A stretch of DNA of 64,000 nt from Takakia lepidozioides. Taxonomy: Eukaryota > Plantae > Bryophyta. A model generated the notes under the pieces. The model was not told the origin of the DNA, searched no databases, and saw nothing but the letters and a program-made list of their open reading frames with translations. This document shows, in pieces, positions 38,957-52,938 of the stretch (within the stretch, counting starts at the first letter, position 1; every line of letters starts with the position of its first letter). Where the stretch lies: contig CM060731.1 in the NCBI GenBank assembly GCA_030704615.1, forward strand, positions 30,318,001-30,382,000, in the 5' to 3' direction. The translations under genes were made by a program, and so were the position numbers.

Positions 38957-41900
38957 ATGGGCTGTCTCTGCAAATGCTTCCCATGTATGGGACCCCAGCA
39001 GGTGGGGGCCCGTGAACTACATGAGCTAAAGACTGCAATATATGCAAATCGCTCCTCTATTGTGGCCCTCAGCACAGTGGCACATGGAGCGAATGGACAA
39101 GGCACTGGCATCCTCATCCACCGGGCGTTGATGTTGACAAGCCATGATGGCATGGCTAGCCATGAGGGTGCAGTGGAAGGAGAGATGGTGCTCAGCCAGA
39201 GGGGATCCGAGTCCAGTACTCCTCCAGCCAATCTTTCGAATCCACCAGCCATTCTTACACGCAGACTTCTTCCATCCAGGTCAGCAGAGGTTGGTTATTT
39301 CACTGCTGAAGAACGAAAAAATAGGACAGAAGAATGCCTCATAACATCTGGGTACCTCTGGCAAAGGGTTAGATTCAGAAATATTTGTTGCATCTAACAG
39401 CACCAATGGAATCTCATGTTGAGATACCAAGGTCATCTGATATGGAAGTAATACAACATGCCGAACTTTCTCTCAGTTCAAAGAATAAATCGAGCTCTAA
39501 ATGTACACTCATTATTAGTACACGGTCTGTGGCCAGTTCATCATAGTCCTACTGTGAACTGAGAGATGTACTCATTGTTCTCATGTGAATGCTGATATGT
39601 CACACCCTGAAGGATGTGGTTCCCACTTTGTAACCCTCCCAGAGCCAGTTATGCAGATTCGGCCCACAAGGTCATATAAGACTCATCCTGAAACTATCCT
39701 GGTGTTTGTGAACCACAATCGTTCTACAGAGAACCGCATAATTTTGATGTATGAGCTGGATTAGATGTTGACACACTGTTGATTCCAGCCCTGCTGCTGT
39801 AGCTCCCAATTCGACAGCACCTAAAATTGCCAGTTCCACAGTCTAAGAAAGGGAAAGGGCAGACAGGAAGTCGAAAGCTTCCTCTCCCACCGTAAGAGGA
39901 ACTAGGGACCATGAAGCACCCTCTCTCTCTTATCATTTAGCAGGGAAACCTTGGGGAGTGTTGGTAGAAGTCATCTGGCAAGTAACTGGGAATTGCGGAC
40001 AGGCCTTGGTGTCTAAGGTGTCCAGTCGAATCCATGCCCAAGAAGAATTGTTGGCTAATGCCAAACTCAGCTTATTCAGCTCAATCAGCCTATTAAAATG
40101 TTTGTCACGAGTCAAATTTGCACATTTGTGGCAGGTATTTCATCACCAATGCAGGACTCGACTTGACGCTGGTCGCATGTGATCCAGTCAACTCTGAGGT
40201 TGCCCCACTGGGACTGGGACTGGCACAAGCCACTGGCGATGCAATGGACCTTGGGCACCAAATCTTCATACTGGGACATCTCAAAGGTGGTGAACACAAA
40301 GGGCGAATCATGCTTGGCGAAGGGCAAATCACCAGAGAAGACGAAATGGTTATCAAGTTTGCCACTGATGGGGATCTGTGGGCACCTGGGTCTGCCGGCT
40401 TTGATGAAACAGGTGAGTTTGCTTTCATGGTTTGTAACCCCAAGGAACCTCCAGAGAAGGAGCAGCCAGCAGCTGAGAATGAAAGTGGGAGGCAGTCAGG
40501 AGTCTTGGTGCAAGCAATCCGTCGTTGGATCAAACAGAACTGGCTGGGAAATTTTGACGAGCTGGTGAAGCCCAGTGGACCGACACTGACATCGTCTGAT
40601 CCCTTGCCAGTATTCTACAGTAACCAAACAGTGCCCAACCAGAAACAGCCATGGTCCGCTTCCTATGAGAAAAGCCCAACCGAGGCTGAGCTGGCGAAGA
40701 CTTTAGCAAACACACCCGATACAGAGCCCTTGGTGACCACACATCATGCAGGGGTCTTAAAGCACAAAGGTGCGACAAAGGCATTGGATGACAAGGTTCC
40801 TTCAGAGGCTGGGGAGCATAAGACTGCTTCAGAAGGCTTGGATCCCAAAGATATTTCAAAGGCTAGAGAAGGGAATAAACAAAATTGGGTTGACAGGCTC
40901 CATTCTCCCCAAAGTTGCAGTAGAGCTGGGAAGGAGCTAAAAGAGAGGGAGGAGGAATCGGCCAGGCTGGAATGCTTGTCAGCTTCGCCCTTACTGACAC
41001 CCAAGCCAGGTACAATTGCCCTATACAAACATAGAACCTGCAACGTACCTTTCGTAGGAATGTGTAAAAAACATGGCCTTAACATGCTAACATGCTACTC
41101 TTTCCATAGGACGGTTCCAGCTCAAACTGGGCGCGGGGTCAATGGCCACAAGGCTACGGCAAACAACGTCTTATGAGTACAATCTTTCCATAGGACGGAT
41201 GGCAACAGAGTGTAGTAGTCATGTTAGAATCCTTAAAAGCCTGCAGGACCTGAAATAGTGTGACAACCCAATGTAAGCTACTCCTCTCATTACTTCCAAA
41301 TACTCAGGAACTGTGTTCTAACTTAGAGGTAACATGCTATATACATGTATGTTGGATGATGGTGATCGCTGAAGTGATATTCTCTACATACATGATCCTT
41401 TATCAGGGAGTCCCCAAAGGAGTGCTCATAGGGAAGGCCGCACTGTCACGAACCTGCCAAGCTCGCCAAATCGCGAGAGGAATAAGGTACACAAAAAGTA
41501 CCGCTCGAGAAGTTCACCAAATTCTGACCGGCGAAGCTCGCCAGACAGAATGGGACGGGAAAGGTATCCCTCTAGAAGTTCACCAACACCATCAAAGAGA
41601 ATGGGCAATGAGGGACAGGACAGGAAAAAGGGACAGAAGGAGAAAAAGGCCGAGGTTTTCAAAAGAATAAATGCAACTCCTAGGAAAGAAGAAGTCCATG
41701 GATCTGATACAGGGATGAAGATGTGGTGCAGATCTCTCAGACCTGATCCCAAGCCTCAAGGGGAAAAGAAAGCCAAAATGCCAAAGAATACTGGTCCAAA
41801 ATCTCCCAAAACTAGTGCAGAGTCGTCCATTAAGGCATCTCCCAGAGCGACTCCAGTTGATTCTTGTTGTGCATCTCCTAGAACAACTCCAAAGGGTTCT

Positions 41901-44301
41901 CGTCCAGCATCTCCCAGAGCGACTCCAAAGGACTCTCGTCAGGCATCTCCAAGAGGTAATCCCCATGCAACACCCAAGCTCTCTCCCCGACAAAGTCCCG
42001 CAGGTGTAGGCTCATGGGAGGAACCCCCTGGGATCCTATCTCGATGTGGATCTCACAAAGGTAGGCCTAACTCAGTTGGGATGGCGAGCACCAAAAGGAA
42101 AATGGAAACTGGAACCCCATGGGAGGAACCCCCTGGCATGCTGTCTTGTTGTGGATCTCCCAAACGCGGCCCTCAGTCCGTTGGGAGTGTCAACAGCAGA
42201 AAGGAAAGTCCTAAGGAGGATGGCCCCCAAGGGACATCTAGTTTTGGACGTCCAGTTAGTCCAAGAGGCCAGTCCATGTCGCCTGAGGAACTTTGCCAGA
42301 AATCACAGCAACATGGAGAGCCCCCTGGTATGTTGTCACAATGTGCATCCGAGCAAGCCCCTGCATCAGAATCCTCCCTAAGTAAACAACACACAACCAA
42401 GCCACAGTGCAGTCGGCATGAGAAAGAAGAGTCTGTGCTGCCAGTCTCTCACTCAACCCAGTCTACACCGGATGCAACATATGGAAGTACATTCAAGAAA
42501 GAGGGTAGTGAGATAGCTAGAGACAATGAGAAGCCTAAGAAGCATCAGCCCAAACCACAGCACCAGTATGAAGAGCCTCCTGGTGTACTGTCATGGTATA
42601 CATCCAAGCAGGCCCCAGCATCCGGCTCCTCCTTGGACAGACTAACTACAGTGGAGCTGCAGTGTAGTCGGCATGAAAAAGAAAAAAGGTCCTGTAGGAA
42701 AAAGGTCCATGGGAAGCCTTCGGATCCTCAGCCAGAACTAAAGCAGTATGACGAGCCTCCTGGTATCTTTTCATGGGGTGCAACCAAGCAGCCCCGGCAT
42801 GACAAAGAAGAGAAGGCCTGGTCAAAATGCCATGGAAAGTCATGTGATAAGCCTCACTCAGATGAACCAGATTCTCCTTCTTCTGGTCAGGAGAGGGCAT
42901 GGGTCGAGTACTGGCAGATTCCAGAGACGTTCGAGGAGAATCAAATCATGCACCAAATATGTGATTGGTCCAAAAGGGAGGACCCTAACGAGGCAGGACA
43001 TAGGTCTCAGGCTAAAGGCCGTGAATCCCCATCTGTCTCTGTCTCAGATCGGTTGCACGTTGTTGAGTCCCAATGTAGCAGGCATGACAAAGAAGACGGT
43101 GCTTGGAGTGAATACCATGTACCCGAAACATTTGAGGATTTTAGTCCATCCAAAGTGAGTGCAGAAGAAGAGGGCCAAATTGCTGAACGCCTGCATAAAT
43201 CCGACACAAAATGCCCAAAGTATCGGAAGGAGAAGAAGTATTGGGCCAGACATATGATGCAAACGAGGCCTAGGTCTGCAGGCGACAAGGAGAAATTGGG
43301 GGTTAAAAGCGGTGCAAAACATTGCAGCAAGTATCAGACAGAAGATGAGGACACTAGGTCGAAAGGCCACCAGTCCAATAGTAGTGTAAGGAACCGCCAA
43401 GGTTGACAAACCGTCAGCTGGCTTGCACAGAACCGTGCCTCCAAACAGCAGGCCTGGTAAGGATCCGTTGAAAACCTCCAAGCCTACGAACGTTAGAAAG
43501 CGGGCCCAAGATGACAAATCTCACCTGTTTCCATGTTTTCCTAAGAAAACTGTGAAAGCACACCTTTTGGACAAGCCTAGCACTCCTCAAAAGCTTCAGA
43601 AGTCTCAATGCCACAAACATGAGAGGGAGGAGATGGATTGGGACTCAACTCATGAGAGCAGTGCAGCTAAGCAGCATTCGGATAAGCAACCCTCAGCAAA
43701 GAACCATGGCTCAAGAACGACAAACTCGTATAAATCTGAATCAGATGGTGACAAAACCCCTCTATCATGTTGGTCTCAGAAATCAAGCAAGTCGAGCAAA
43801 TCCAAATCGAAGTCTGCTTCTCCAACACCGAAGTCGGAAGTATCTTTTAGTAGAAACACCACGCCCTCTAGAAGAGATGGTAGTGACAAATTTGATAGCC
43901 GACCCAACACAGCATCTGGAAAATCTTCCACGGGATACTCATCACGATCAGCTAGCCCCTCCAACTTGTCAAGCCCATCCTCTCGGCCGCGCCGCAGCCC
44001 GAGCACTTTAAGAAGTAGATCACGCCCTCCGACACCAGAAGGGATGGTGGAGAAGAGACTCAGGTCACGTCCAACATCACCAGAAGGGATGGTGGAGAAG
44101 AGACTCAGGTCACGCCCAGCATCACCGGAAGTGGTGCGGGGGAGAAGAGTTCAAGGCCAAGCAAGCTTTACTCCAGCGACCAAGAGGGATGCTACGGAGG
44201 GATCGCACTCGAAAAACTGTGCGGCCTTGAAGCCAGTGACGTTAGCATCGGATGTTAGCAGGGATGCCAAGGTGGTGGGGGAAGACAAGGTACATGACTA
44301 A
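38957..44301 (+). CDS. Plant trypsin-like peptidase-domain protein with a long repetitive Ser/Pro/Lys-rich C-terminus
   Basis: Exons ~38957-39278, 40134-41008 and 41407-43406 are in phase. Motifs GTGILIHRALMLTSH, RYFITNAGLDLTLVACD and WAPGSAGFD..G.FAFMVC. Similar low-complexity coding continues at 43423-44301 in another frame (frameshift or unrecognised intron). Confidence 0.7.
41115..41182 (+). mobile_element. 68-bp 5'-truncated copy of the short retroposon with a 16-bp TSD
   Basis: TCTTTCCATAGGACGG is duplicated at 41099-41114 and 41183-41198. Confidence 0.9.
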
Positions 44302-44851
44302 AGCATTTTTAAGGAGCATGTGTGTTTGTCTCTGACGCAGCACGGAGGTAATAGCAATTCTTGTGAAGCTCAGGTCCAATCCCTGTCGAATCGTTCATCT
44401 GGTCGTAAGGAATATTAGTTTAGAGTCAAGTTGTTGCAGTAGCGAGACTCACAATGGAGACCATTTTGATCAGGCCATCACCAGCACTAAAACGCTCTTC
44501 GGAGATATGTTACGGGTGGAAGGAAGAGCGATTCAAAAAAGAACTGTTCTCTTCTGACATGTCTCTAGGCTTGGAATGCATGTTTAACTTTTAGGAAGAT
44601 CGGTATTTCTGTTGTCTCCATTCAAATATATATCTTGACACAATACTAATTTTGAGAAGTGCTGGAGGTCACAGAGTGCTTCTGTTCTGTCTTTGGGCTC
44701 TTCTACAAGACTTCCTTGCACTATACGGTGTGGGGATCCCAGGAGCACCTAGGATATCCATATCAAAGACAGTGTGAGAAGCTTAACTCCATGGAATTAA
44801 CGCCAACCAACGTTTGACAGTGAATGTAAACAGGCGGACCAGAACAATTCC

Positions 44852-45319
44852 ATGAGCCCAACAGTGAACACTAGAAAGCAAATCATGAGCACAAAGGGCG
44901 ACCCAGAGGGCTTGTACAGGTCTGCATCAAACCCAAGGTCATTCGGCGGACAATGTCCTCAGGATTCAGCATTATATCACATGCGATGCCCAGCAAATCC
45001 AGCGATAAGCTGTCCCCTGCGTAGCCCCCAAGGAGGTGGGCTGAATGGAGGCAAGTCTAAACTTGAGAGACCAGTGACTGGAACTGGAGGTCCGAGGGGA
45101 AGTGTCGTTGTTAGATCACTTATGGTTGGACCGCGCATCGGATACCTGTCAGCAACAGAAAGCACAAAGCCAGTCTGGCGCAACGATTTGCGACAGAAGA
45201 GCGCAAACGACACAAGCAAGAGACGAATCACTGATTTGCAGTACAAGCTGCAAGGGACCTACAAGAAGAAGGTATTGACACTTGGGCGATCTCTAAGGAA
45301 ATCGCACAATTGTTGGTGA
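44852..45319 (+). CDS. Hypothetical ORF, possibly the terminal exon of the upstream trypsin-like gene
   Basis: 155-codon ORF on the same strand with similar composition. No recognisable domain. Confidence 0.3.
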   Translation: MSPTVNTRKQIMSTKGDPEGLYRSASNPRSFGGQCPQDSALYHMRCPANPAISCPLRSPQGGGLNGGKSKLERPVTGTGGPRGSVVVRSLMVGPRIGYLSATESTKPVWRNDLRQKSANDTSKRRITDLQYKLQGTYKKKVLTLGRSLRKSHNCW

Positions 45320-47040
45320 CTGGAACCCAATTGTTTACCTCTGCTTTTGTCTTCTAGATTGAAATGAAACCACTGCTTTCTTTTCAGGAACAAAAACTTC
45401 CACCTCAACACTGCACATTGTAAACGATGGTGTGTGCAATTAGCCAGCAGAATGAAAGGTCTTGCAAGTTTCCAGGTGCATTAGGACCTCAAATAATCTC
45501 AACTTCACATACCCAGGGGGTTGAAAATGTTGTACTGACCTTTCTGCCGCTGAAATTCCCATGAGTGAGATATTTTCAGGTTCCAACGAAGAACGATGTT
45601 GGTTCAAATCCCAAGCCACGATGGTGTATTTCAACTCAGGTGCGCCATGACGATACCGCACTATTGCTAGACCCAGTTGAGAAGCCTCCTCCCAAGGAAC
45701 TGAGGACTTCTCCTTCCAAGAAAGTGGAAAGGCCAGAATAAGATGGAAACAACCTGCATGGACTTGAAAACCTCTGGCCTGGGCGCACAACAAGAACTGA
45801 CAAGGGTTCTCCAAAGGGACCAGCCCTCTCCAAAGAGCAGCCTCCTGGCCTTTCTGATCACAAAATAGTTGGGGAAGGGCAGAGTAAGCTCGGGCAACTC
45901 CGTTTTGACAGAATTGTAAAGAGCCCCAGCCCTTCAACTCGCTACAACCAGGACCCATTGAATCTTTGATGCTCGTGGCTGACTGGGCGAGTACTAGCTA
46001 GGCTTCCACGCCGAGGTCTGTGTCCAGAGCATGGCCATATTTACCCAGCCACATCTGAAGTCTAATTTTTTACTCTCAAAGTCGAGTGACAACTGGAACA
46101 ACCGATGACATGGACTGAAAACCGTAGAAAGAGTCTCCACTTGGCGAAAAGTGCCCGTGATGGCCTCGTTGGTGGGGTCTCCCTTTGCAAGTCTTCCTCA
46201 AAGTGAAATCACGAGACTCGGATCCTCAACACACAATAGAAGGCCGGCTTGTACAGAAGTACACAAAACTTGATCAGGAACAGCATGGATCTGCAAAGCC
46301 ATCATTTTAGATGCTCTGGTGTGAATGAGGTTCGTCACCCTTTGTTCAGAAGACAAGGATCCTGTGCAGGGAGGTCGCTCACTGTCTTTTTCTAAACGAA
46401 GTGATGTAATTCACAAACACACGGGGGCCAGTTTGAGAAGCTGCTACAAAACCTGTTTTGAAGACCGAAGTTGATGGTTCCAAGGTACCGGGTGAGTTCC
46501 CGAATGAATCAATCACCACATTCCCATTTTGCACAACATAATATGGACAGTGCAAAATATCGAGTTATAATGATGTATGCACAGCTGCCTTCTTTGTTCT
46601 TTTTGAGGTTGGGACTCTTGTGTTCTCACATAGTTCTGGTGTTTACTATGTTATGTGCCTGCACTTGTCCATTTGCAGATGGCTGGTGGAGGGTGAGCGA
46701 GTTTCAAGCGAATGTTGTGGGTCCCTCAATACCGGATTTCCAACATGGCCAAGCAATCCTCAAGCGATGCCCGTACTATTCACCTTTCAATCAATCCTGG
46801 TAATCACCTATAGTCTCGAGTTCTATTTCTTCCCAATGCAAAAGATACCTCAAAGATTATACATGATCATGCTTGTTCTGCCCTCTGTCACAATCTGGGA
46901 TCTAACGAAAGCTCAGGGATCAGTTTCAAATACCTGCACCTCACTCTCTCGTTAGAAAGGTCATGTCTTTCTCTTGACCACCACAGAGCACCCACCTGAC
47001 GAAGGAAGCAGCACACCCCTAGAAGAAGAAAATCTGACAC

Positions 47041-49254
47041 TAGGTATGGCTATGCCAAAACAGGTCTGGACCGGTATTGTAGTGGTATCAAAACAATTCG
47101 ATGCCAGGCTGGTACTTGTATACAGGGTGTGGATTAAATCGAAGACCAGGCATATCATGGTGTATGTTGACTTCATTTTCAAAATCAGTCTGGTATGAAG
47201 AAAGTGACACAGGAAAATTTTCAATCTGGTATGCTTATTATGAGTAGTTGATTAGGTGATACCAGTTGTCTATATATATATATGCGGGTCTGGTATTCCG
47301 ACATGCACAATTGAGAAAGAAACAAATGGCAAAACGTTGGACAAATATTACAAAGTCCAAAATGACCAATTGACACTGCAATCTTCAATCTTCTCCATTG
47401 AACATCCTCAATGAAACTGAAAGTATTCAAAGCATATTGCACAAAGACTGTGTTAACTAGAAAGAAATACTGGGGGCGTTTCTTACAATGTTGGGGAGTA
47501 TTGGTTTCCAACAACAACGAAATCAATGAAGACCGGACTAGTATGATAGATGTCGAGGTAATATTCTTAGGGTTATTGGGGGCAATCTGCTTAAAACCAT
47601 AGTATGCCACTAAGTGGATATTTGGCTAGTTTAGTTTCTCATACCAGTGCACATATGAGCGCTATACTAGGCGCAAGCCTAGACGCCTGTACAACATTGG
47701 TCTGGGCAGAACAGCCCCGGACTTCCTATTCAATTAAGAGAGAGGTTTGGGCTGCCAATGTTATTGTTGGAAGGGTGTTCAACATCCAAATCTTGTTGTT
47801 AGCTATTAGAGGTGAAATGACATTATAAAAGCTGTCACAAGCTGGTTGCAACTAGACCCCTTGTAGGTTCGGGAGCACAACTCTTGTCTGGGGATGAACT
47901 AGTCCTTCTCAATGTAGGATTGGAGCCCACCTACCCTAGGCATCCAGCGGTAAAATATAATTTGGAATCCACCATTGGATCTACAAGATTATAATTTTGA
48001 TGTTTGATCACTAAGCAATGCTGAAATCCAAAAGGCTGTCTCTCTGAAATCTTGTATGGCAAAATAAATCACAGAAAATTTTCCGAAATAGCACGGGAAA
48101 GAGGGAATGGAATCCATGATGCCCATGTGATGGGGCCTCCTTTGTATGGGGTAAATGAAATTAGCTGGCTATTGTTGATATATTACGTTTGGACAGGTGT
48201 TGAGCGGTTATTTGATTACCCAGTAAGAGGGTAAGAGCATCTCCACCGGGGTCCCTAAATGCCCCTGCAACGGCAAAGGAGCCCCCGGCAGTATCTGCAC
48301 CCCAGGGCCCGTACTTTCGTGCAAGATACAGGCCGTCTAGGCCCGGCCGGTACCTGCTGGAGCGACTCAAAAACACGACTCCCTGCATGTATGGCGTGAG
48401 GGAAAGGCGGCGGTCCAGGTGGTCCCTCTGGAGCAAGGCACGTCAACCAAAAAGCCATGTGCAGGGTAGTTTGATGGGGTTGCTGCTTGGGGGAGGGGCG
48501 TGTTTGAGGGCCGCACATGTTACCGTTAAACGCAGGTGTGGCAGATTCTGCCACTTTTTCGTCCTAATTCTCAGGCCGAATCGGCCACCTAGGGCAGAAT
48601 TGGCAGAGATGGCCGATTACGCACAGAGGACGGCAGACCTACCACCCAGGCCCATATCATCAGCCCACAACCCACCAGCCTACCCCTGAGGCTCGCCCCA
48701 TTGATATCCTCTCTGGGGCTCTGAATCTGGGCAATCGATATGGGATAATCGAACCTCATTCATATTGCGCCACGTAGCGGCGAGAATCCGCCACACCTGC
48801 TTTTAACGCCAGTGAACGGGGCGCGTTGGCCGACTCTGCCCTGTGCGCGGCTATAGGGCTCGCCCAAAGGCCGCTTACAGGGCAGAATCGGCCAAACACG
48901 GCCCGTTCTCTAGTACGTTGCCCGTTCTCTAATACGTTGCAGGGTTATTTGGTGTACCCCCGGTGGAGTAAGGGCTACATTTTATAGGGTTTCTTTGGTC
49001 TCACTGCGTCGGGCTCTGCAAGCAGGGCTCCTTAAAAAATGTAAATTTGAAACCTAAACCATCTTCAAATGAATAGAAGTCAATATATACCATGATATGC
49101 CTCCCATTGAGTTTAGTCCACACCCTGTATACTAGTACCAGCCTGGTATCAATACAACACAAGACTAACCAGTGTTGGACCAATATACCCGGGTAGGTAA
49201 GACCATACCCGGTTGGTAGGTAGGGTGGCCAATATCCGTGCAATACCATACTTA
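47041..49254. mobile_element. Degenerate DNA-transposon remnant(s) bounded by about 140-180-bp inverted copies
   Basis: 47041-47180 (CAGGCTGGTACTTGTATACAGGGTGTGGA..GGCATATCATGGT) is inverted at ~49070-49254. No TSD was found, so these may be two independent copies. Confidence 0.45.
48235..48968. mobile_element. PIF/Harbinger (Tourist-like) MITE
   Basis: TAA|GAGCATCTCCACCGGGG...CCCCGGTGGAG|TAA, with the right TIR partly lost and a GC-rich interior. Confidence 0.7.
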
Positions 49255-52200
49255 GGGGACATACATACCTTGCTCCATACTATAGTATATACCATACCCG
49301 TATGGTATTGTGATGGACAAGATTGCTATTGATACCAGTATTGATGCTATGTGAGCCTCAAAAGGCGCAATAGGTGTATGTGTGGAGTTAGGGCAAGGGA
49401 ATTTGAGGGCATTTATGACATTTATGACATCTGCTTTATACTCAATGTGCAATGTGCAAAAATACAGATATGGTATGGTGTATTTTTTCAATGTGTGTAT
49501 GAGCCATGTATTTTTGTATGTGCATTGTGCTGTAATTGTGATCCATTGTGAAGGTCATTTTTTTCCTCAGGTTATTGAATTATTTCTTGAATATACTAAA
49601 TATTTCATATACATGCCAGGGCAATATTCATATTCCCCCATATGAGATGGAAAATACAGATATTGATACCCTACTGATATACATCCACAATTTTACGTTA
49701 TTGATACCCCTCTTATATAACCCCTCCTATACCAGGCCCCTTACCCCAATACCAGGACCATACCAGTATTGGGAAATGTGGGCCCTTGTGATACCAGGAC
49801 CAGTCTGGTATCATATTTTCGTGATACCAGTCCAACACCGGTAAAAGCAGTGTTGTGCGGATATTAACATTTTTAATATCCACTGAAACTCTTAACACTA
49901 TGTGTGCATGATAATTGAGAGGAGGAGGAGGGCCTTCACCTCCCTTATATATATCCTAGAAGGGTGGCGGGCCCCACCCCTGAAGCAGAGCCTCCAGAAG
50001 GCCCCCACATGTGTCACACCCCAGACACCCCTACTCCCACCACTTGACACCTGCACTCTCACTATCCCAAAATAGCTCCTGAACCATCTGCCATTTAATA
50101 TCTACCATCTTTTTTTTACACAAAAGTTGTTTTTTTATAAAGTTATTTCTTCAAATCCTTGTGTAGCTTACTAATATATAGGTACTATAAACCCCCCTTT
50201 TTAATTCCTGGACCATATTGCGACAGGCCCCACGCAAGACTGGGGACTCTATTGACTCCATAGTAAGAGTCAAAAAGTGTATGTGAGGCTTTACATTGGT
50301 ATCAGTTTAGTACTTGGGTGCATATACTATGAAATTGTTATTAGTCAAAGAGAACAAGTTGCTTGCTGACTGTGGAGATGCGGTCAGGCAGTGAAGGGAT
50401 TGGAGAGTGACCCAACCACTTTGCAGGCCTGGGTTTTCTTATGATACTCTCGCCTTCAGTTGGCAGATAGGTAGAGAGTCCTTGGAATGAGTGCTAGCAT
50501 TCATGAGCTCACTCCCACGATCACTGTCCATGTCAGTACCTACAGTCCTGCGTATCCAACCCATTCAGCATCGAACTCAACATCGACTCTAAAGCTGTCG
50601 AGATAGGGCGAGGTGTCTGCTTTTCTAACTAAACCTACTGGACTTATTACCTGGACTCGAGAGAAGAGAGTTGCTGCTGCGAGAGTTCGAGTCTGTAGAG
50701 TTATGAATACTGCGAATGATTCTAAAGGACCGCGCCATCTTCTGTCGGCGCAGGTTGCAGCACGTGTGGGCTCTCTCTGACCTCATCCGAGAATAGCCGC
50801 CGGTTGGGCAGTACTCGCATGTTTGGGTGTTACCCCGACGGGCTGCCCATTTCTTTGCTATTTTCTGGTCGCTGCTTGTTGTAGGTACACTCTCCGCTGC
50901 TGTCTTGGAGCAGTTGGGTTCTGGGTGGGTTCGCTGGGTGAGCTCCCACATACTACAGCCACATTGCATCTCTGTTGGGTGGTTGGATTGGAGACGAACT
51001 GCATTTAAGAAGATTTGATACCTGGGCACTTCTTGACTGGAATAGGCTGCTCTGTCTGTGGCCGAGTATCGCGTCTGGAGTCTGTTGGTTAGCTTCTCTT
51101 GCCTGTGTCTTTGTTCTTCATTTCCAGATGTATGTATGTTTATTCTTCAGGTCATGCAGGGTGGACTACATTTTGCGCTTGCTGGGATTTTGTAGTAGCC
51201 TTTTCGAATGCAGAAAATTGCATGCATCTCTCCCCTACAGTTGGCAGGAGATGTGAGAGTCAGAGGAGGGGGGAGAAAGTGGGGTGTGAGAGGCTCTTCA
51301 TTTGAAGATGTGCAAGGATGGCAGCATGAAGCGTGGAGTGATAGTCACATCTACTGCAAGGCCTATCCGGTCCTCTGGTTTCGAAGAATTTGACTTCATA
51401 CTTGATGGACAGGTAGAACAAAGTTGATAGGTCCAGGAGTAGATTTGGATTTGGCTCCTCCAATCCTGCGGGTTTAGAAACCTCCTTCCATTTCAAGTTC
51501 CAATCTTTTTTCTTCTTAATAAGTGGGCTGATGCGAGGGCAGCTAGAAGTTATGCCCTGTAGCGCTTTTCAAAATCTTGCGTCCTGAATATTGAACTCTC
51601 CGTATTGTCTTCTTGGGCTTGTATTGCCATCAGCCATAGCTTCCCGTCTAAATCACCGCTGAACTTATCTGTGGTACATTGTGTAATAAGAAATCTGCAG
51701 TTTGGCTATGGAGATCTGGAACCCACCGGTCAATTTCCTAGATGTGCAGTGAGAACTTACCAGGAGAATTACATAAACCAGGAGCTCACAAAATTGGATT
51801 GCTGTTGGTGGATGGCTGTTCTTAAGAAAAAAACTGTGGGCAAGTGCACCACTGGCTAGTTGCCTGCTCTTACCAGTTTCCTCTCTTCGGCTGTCCTTCT
51901 ACTGATGCAAACCCGACGTGCCTTTGAGTGGTACGTGGTTAAGGGTACATTTTACTGCGAGAACGATTAATCATTTTGCTTTAACCTTCTTGAAGTAAGT
52001 TGAAGCAATTCTGTAGTGCTCACTGTAACGCAAGTAGCGTTTGTAACAATTAAAGTTTTTAGTTATATGCGAGTGACGAGATCTTCTCCGAAAAGAACAC
52101 CTACAGTTGCTGGGGATTCTGGAGCAGATTTGTAAACGGAAAACTACCGAGCTTTAAGCCTGAGCTTGGGCGTCGAAGCGTCCTTTACCAGTTGGGATTC

Positions 52201-52938
52201 GGTGTCTGTCACTTAATCCTCCGCCGCATTGCGTTGGGCCTTTGTGAGCTCAGAGTAGCGTTTTGGTATCTTTTTGTCTCCTTTCTGCTTCACTGCCCTC
52301 TCCACTGTTGGATTAATGTTTTGGACTAGGGATGGGAGAGAGACAAATGTGGTATCGAGCAAGACATATATATAAATGCCCAGTAAGTAGGGATACAAAT
52401 GTGGTGATGTTGTGTGATAAGTGTGAACTATCCTGAATGATTATGTATTGGGGGATGGTAGACATCTTGAGCAGTACCATTTACCTTTCTGCTGATAGTG
52501 ATTACGTCATGGTCCAGAACCTCATGTTAATAAGCAGTTGGCAAAAACTGATCTGTATACAGGAAGTTGGTGTACGTTTCTAAGGAAAATGGCGGTTCTG
52601 CACATAGCAAATGCTTGTCCTTTTATGTATGGGCTGGGGTGAAGGATGTCAGATGTCTTGATACTTTTGTTCAAGGCTTTGGAGTGTCTATTTGCAACTT
52701 GTGGTTGGTAACGAGGATGTGTAAAAATCTCTTTGCTCTCACTTTTTATTCTTGTTGCAGGTTGTGGGTTGAGGGGGAGCTGCCCAGCTGCCGCACACAA
52801 AGGCACAGAACCTGATACCAAATACATATTCCAAAAAACAACCCAACAAGGAGTTTGCTACTCAGCACTGACCAGAGTTTAATTCAGTACATATCTGTGG
52901 GTTAAAAAGCCCCAACCTTGAGGCAAACAGAGTGTGGC

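Noticed and set aside
45595-45625. tRNA gene (GGTTCAAATCCC B-box-like)
   Set aside because: No A-box at a suitable distance and no cloverleaf.
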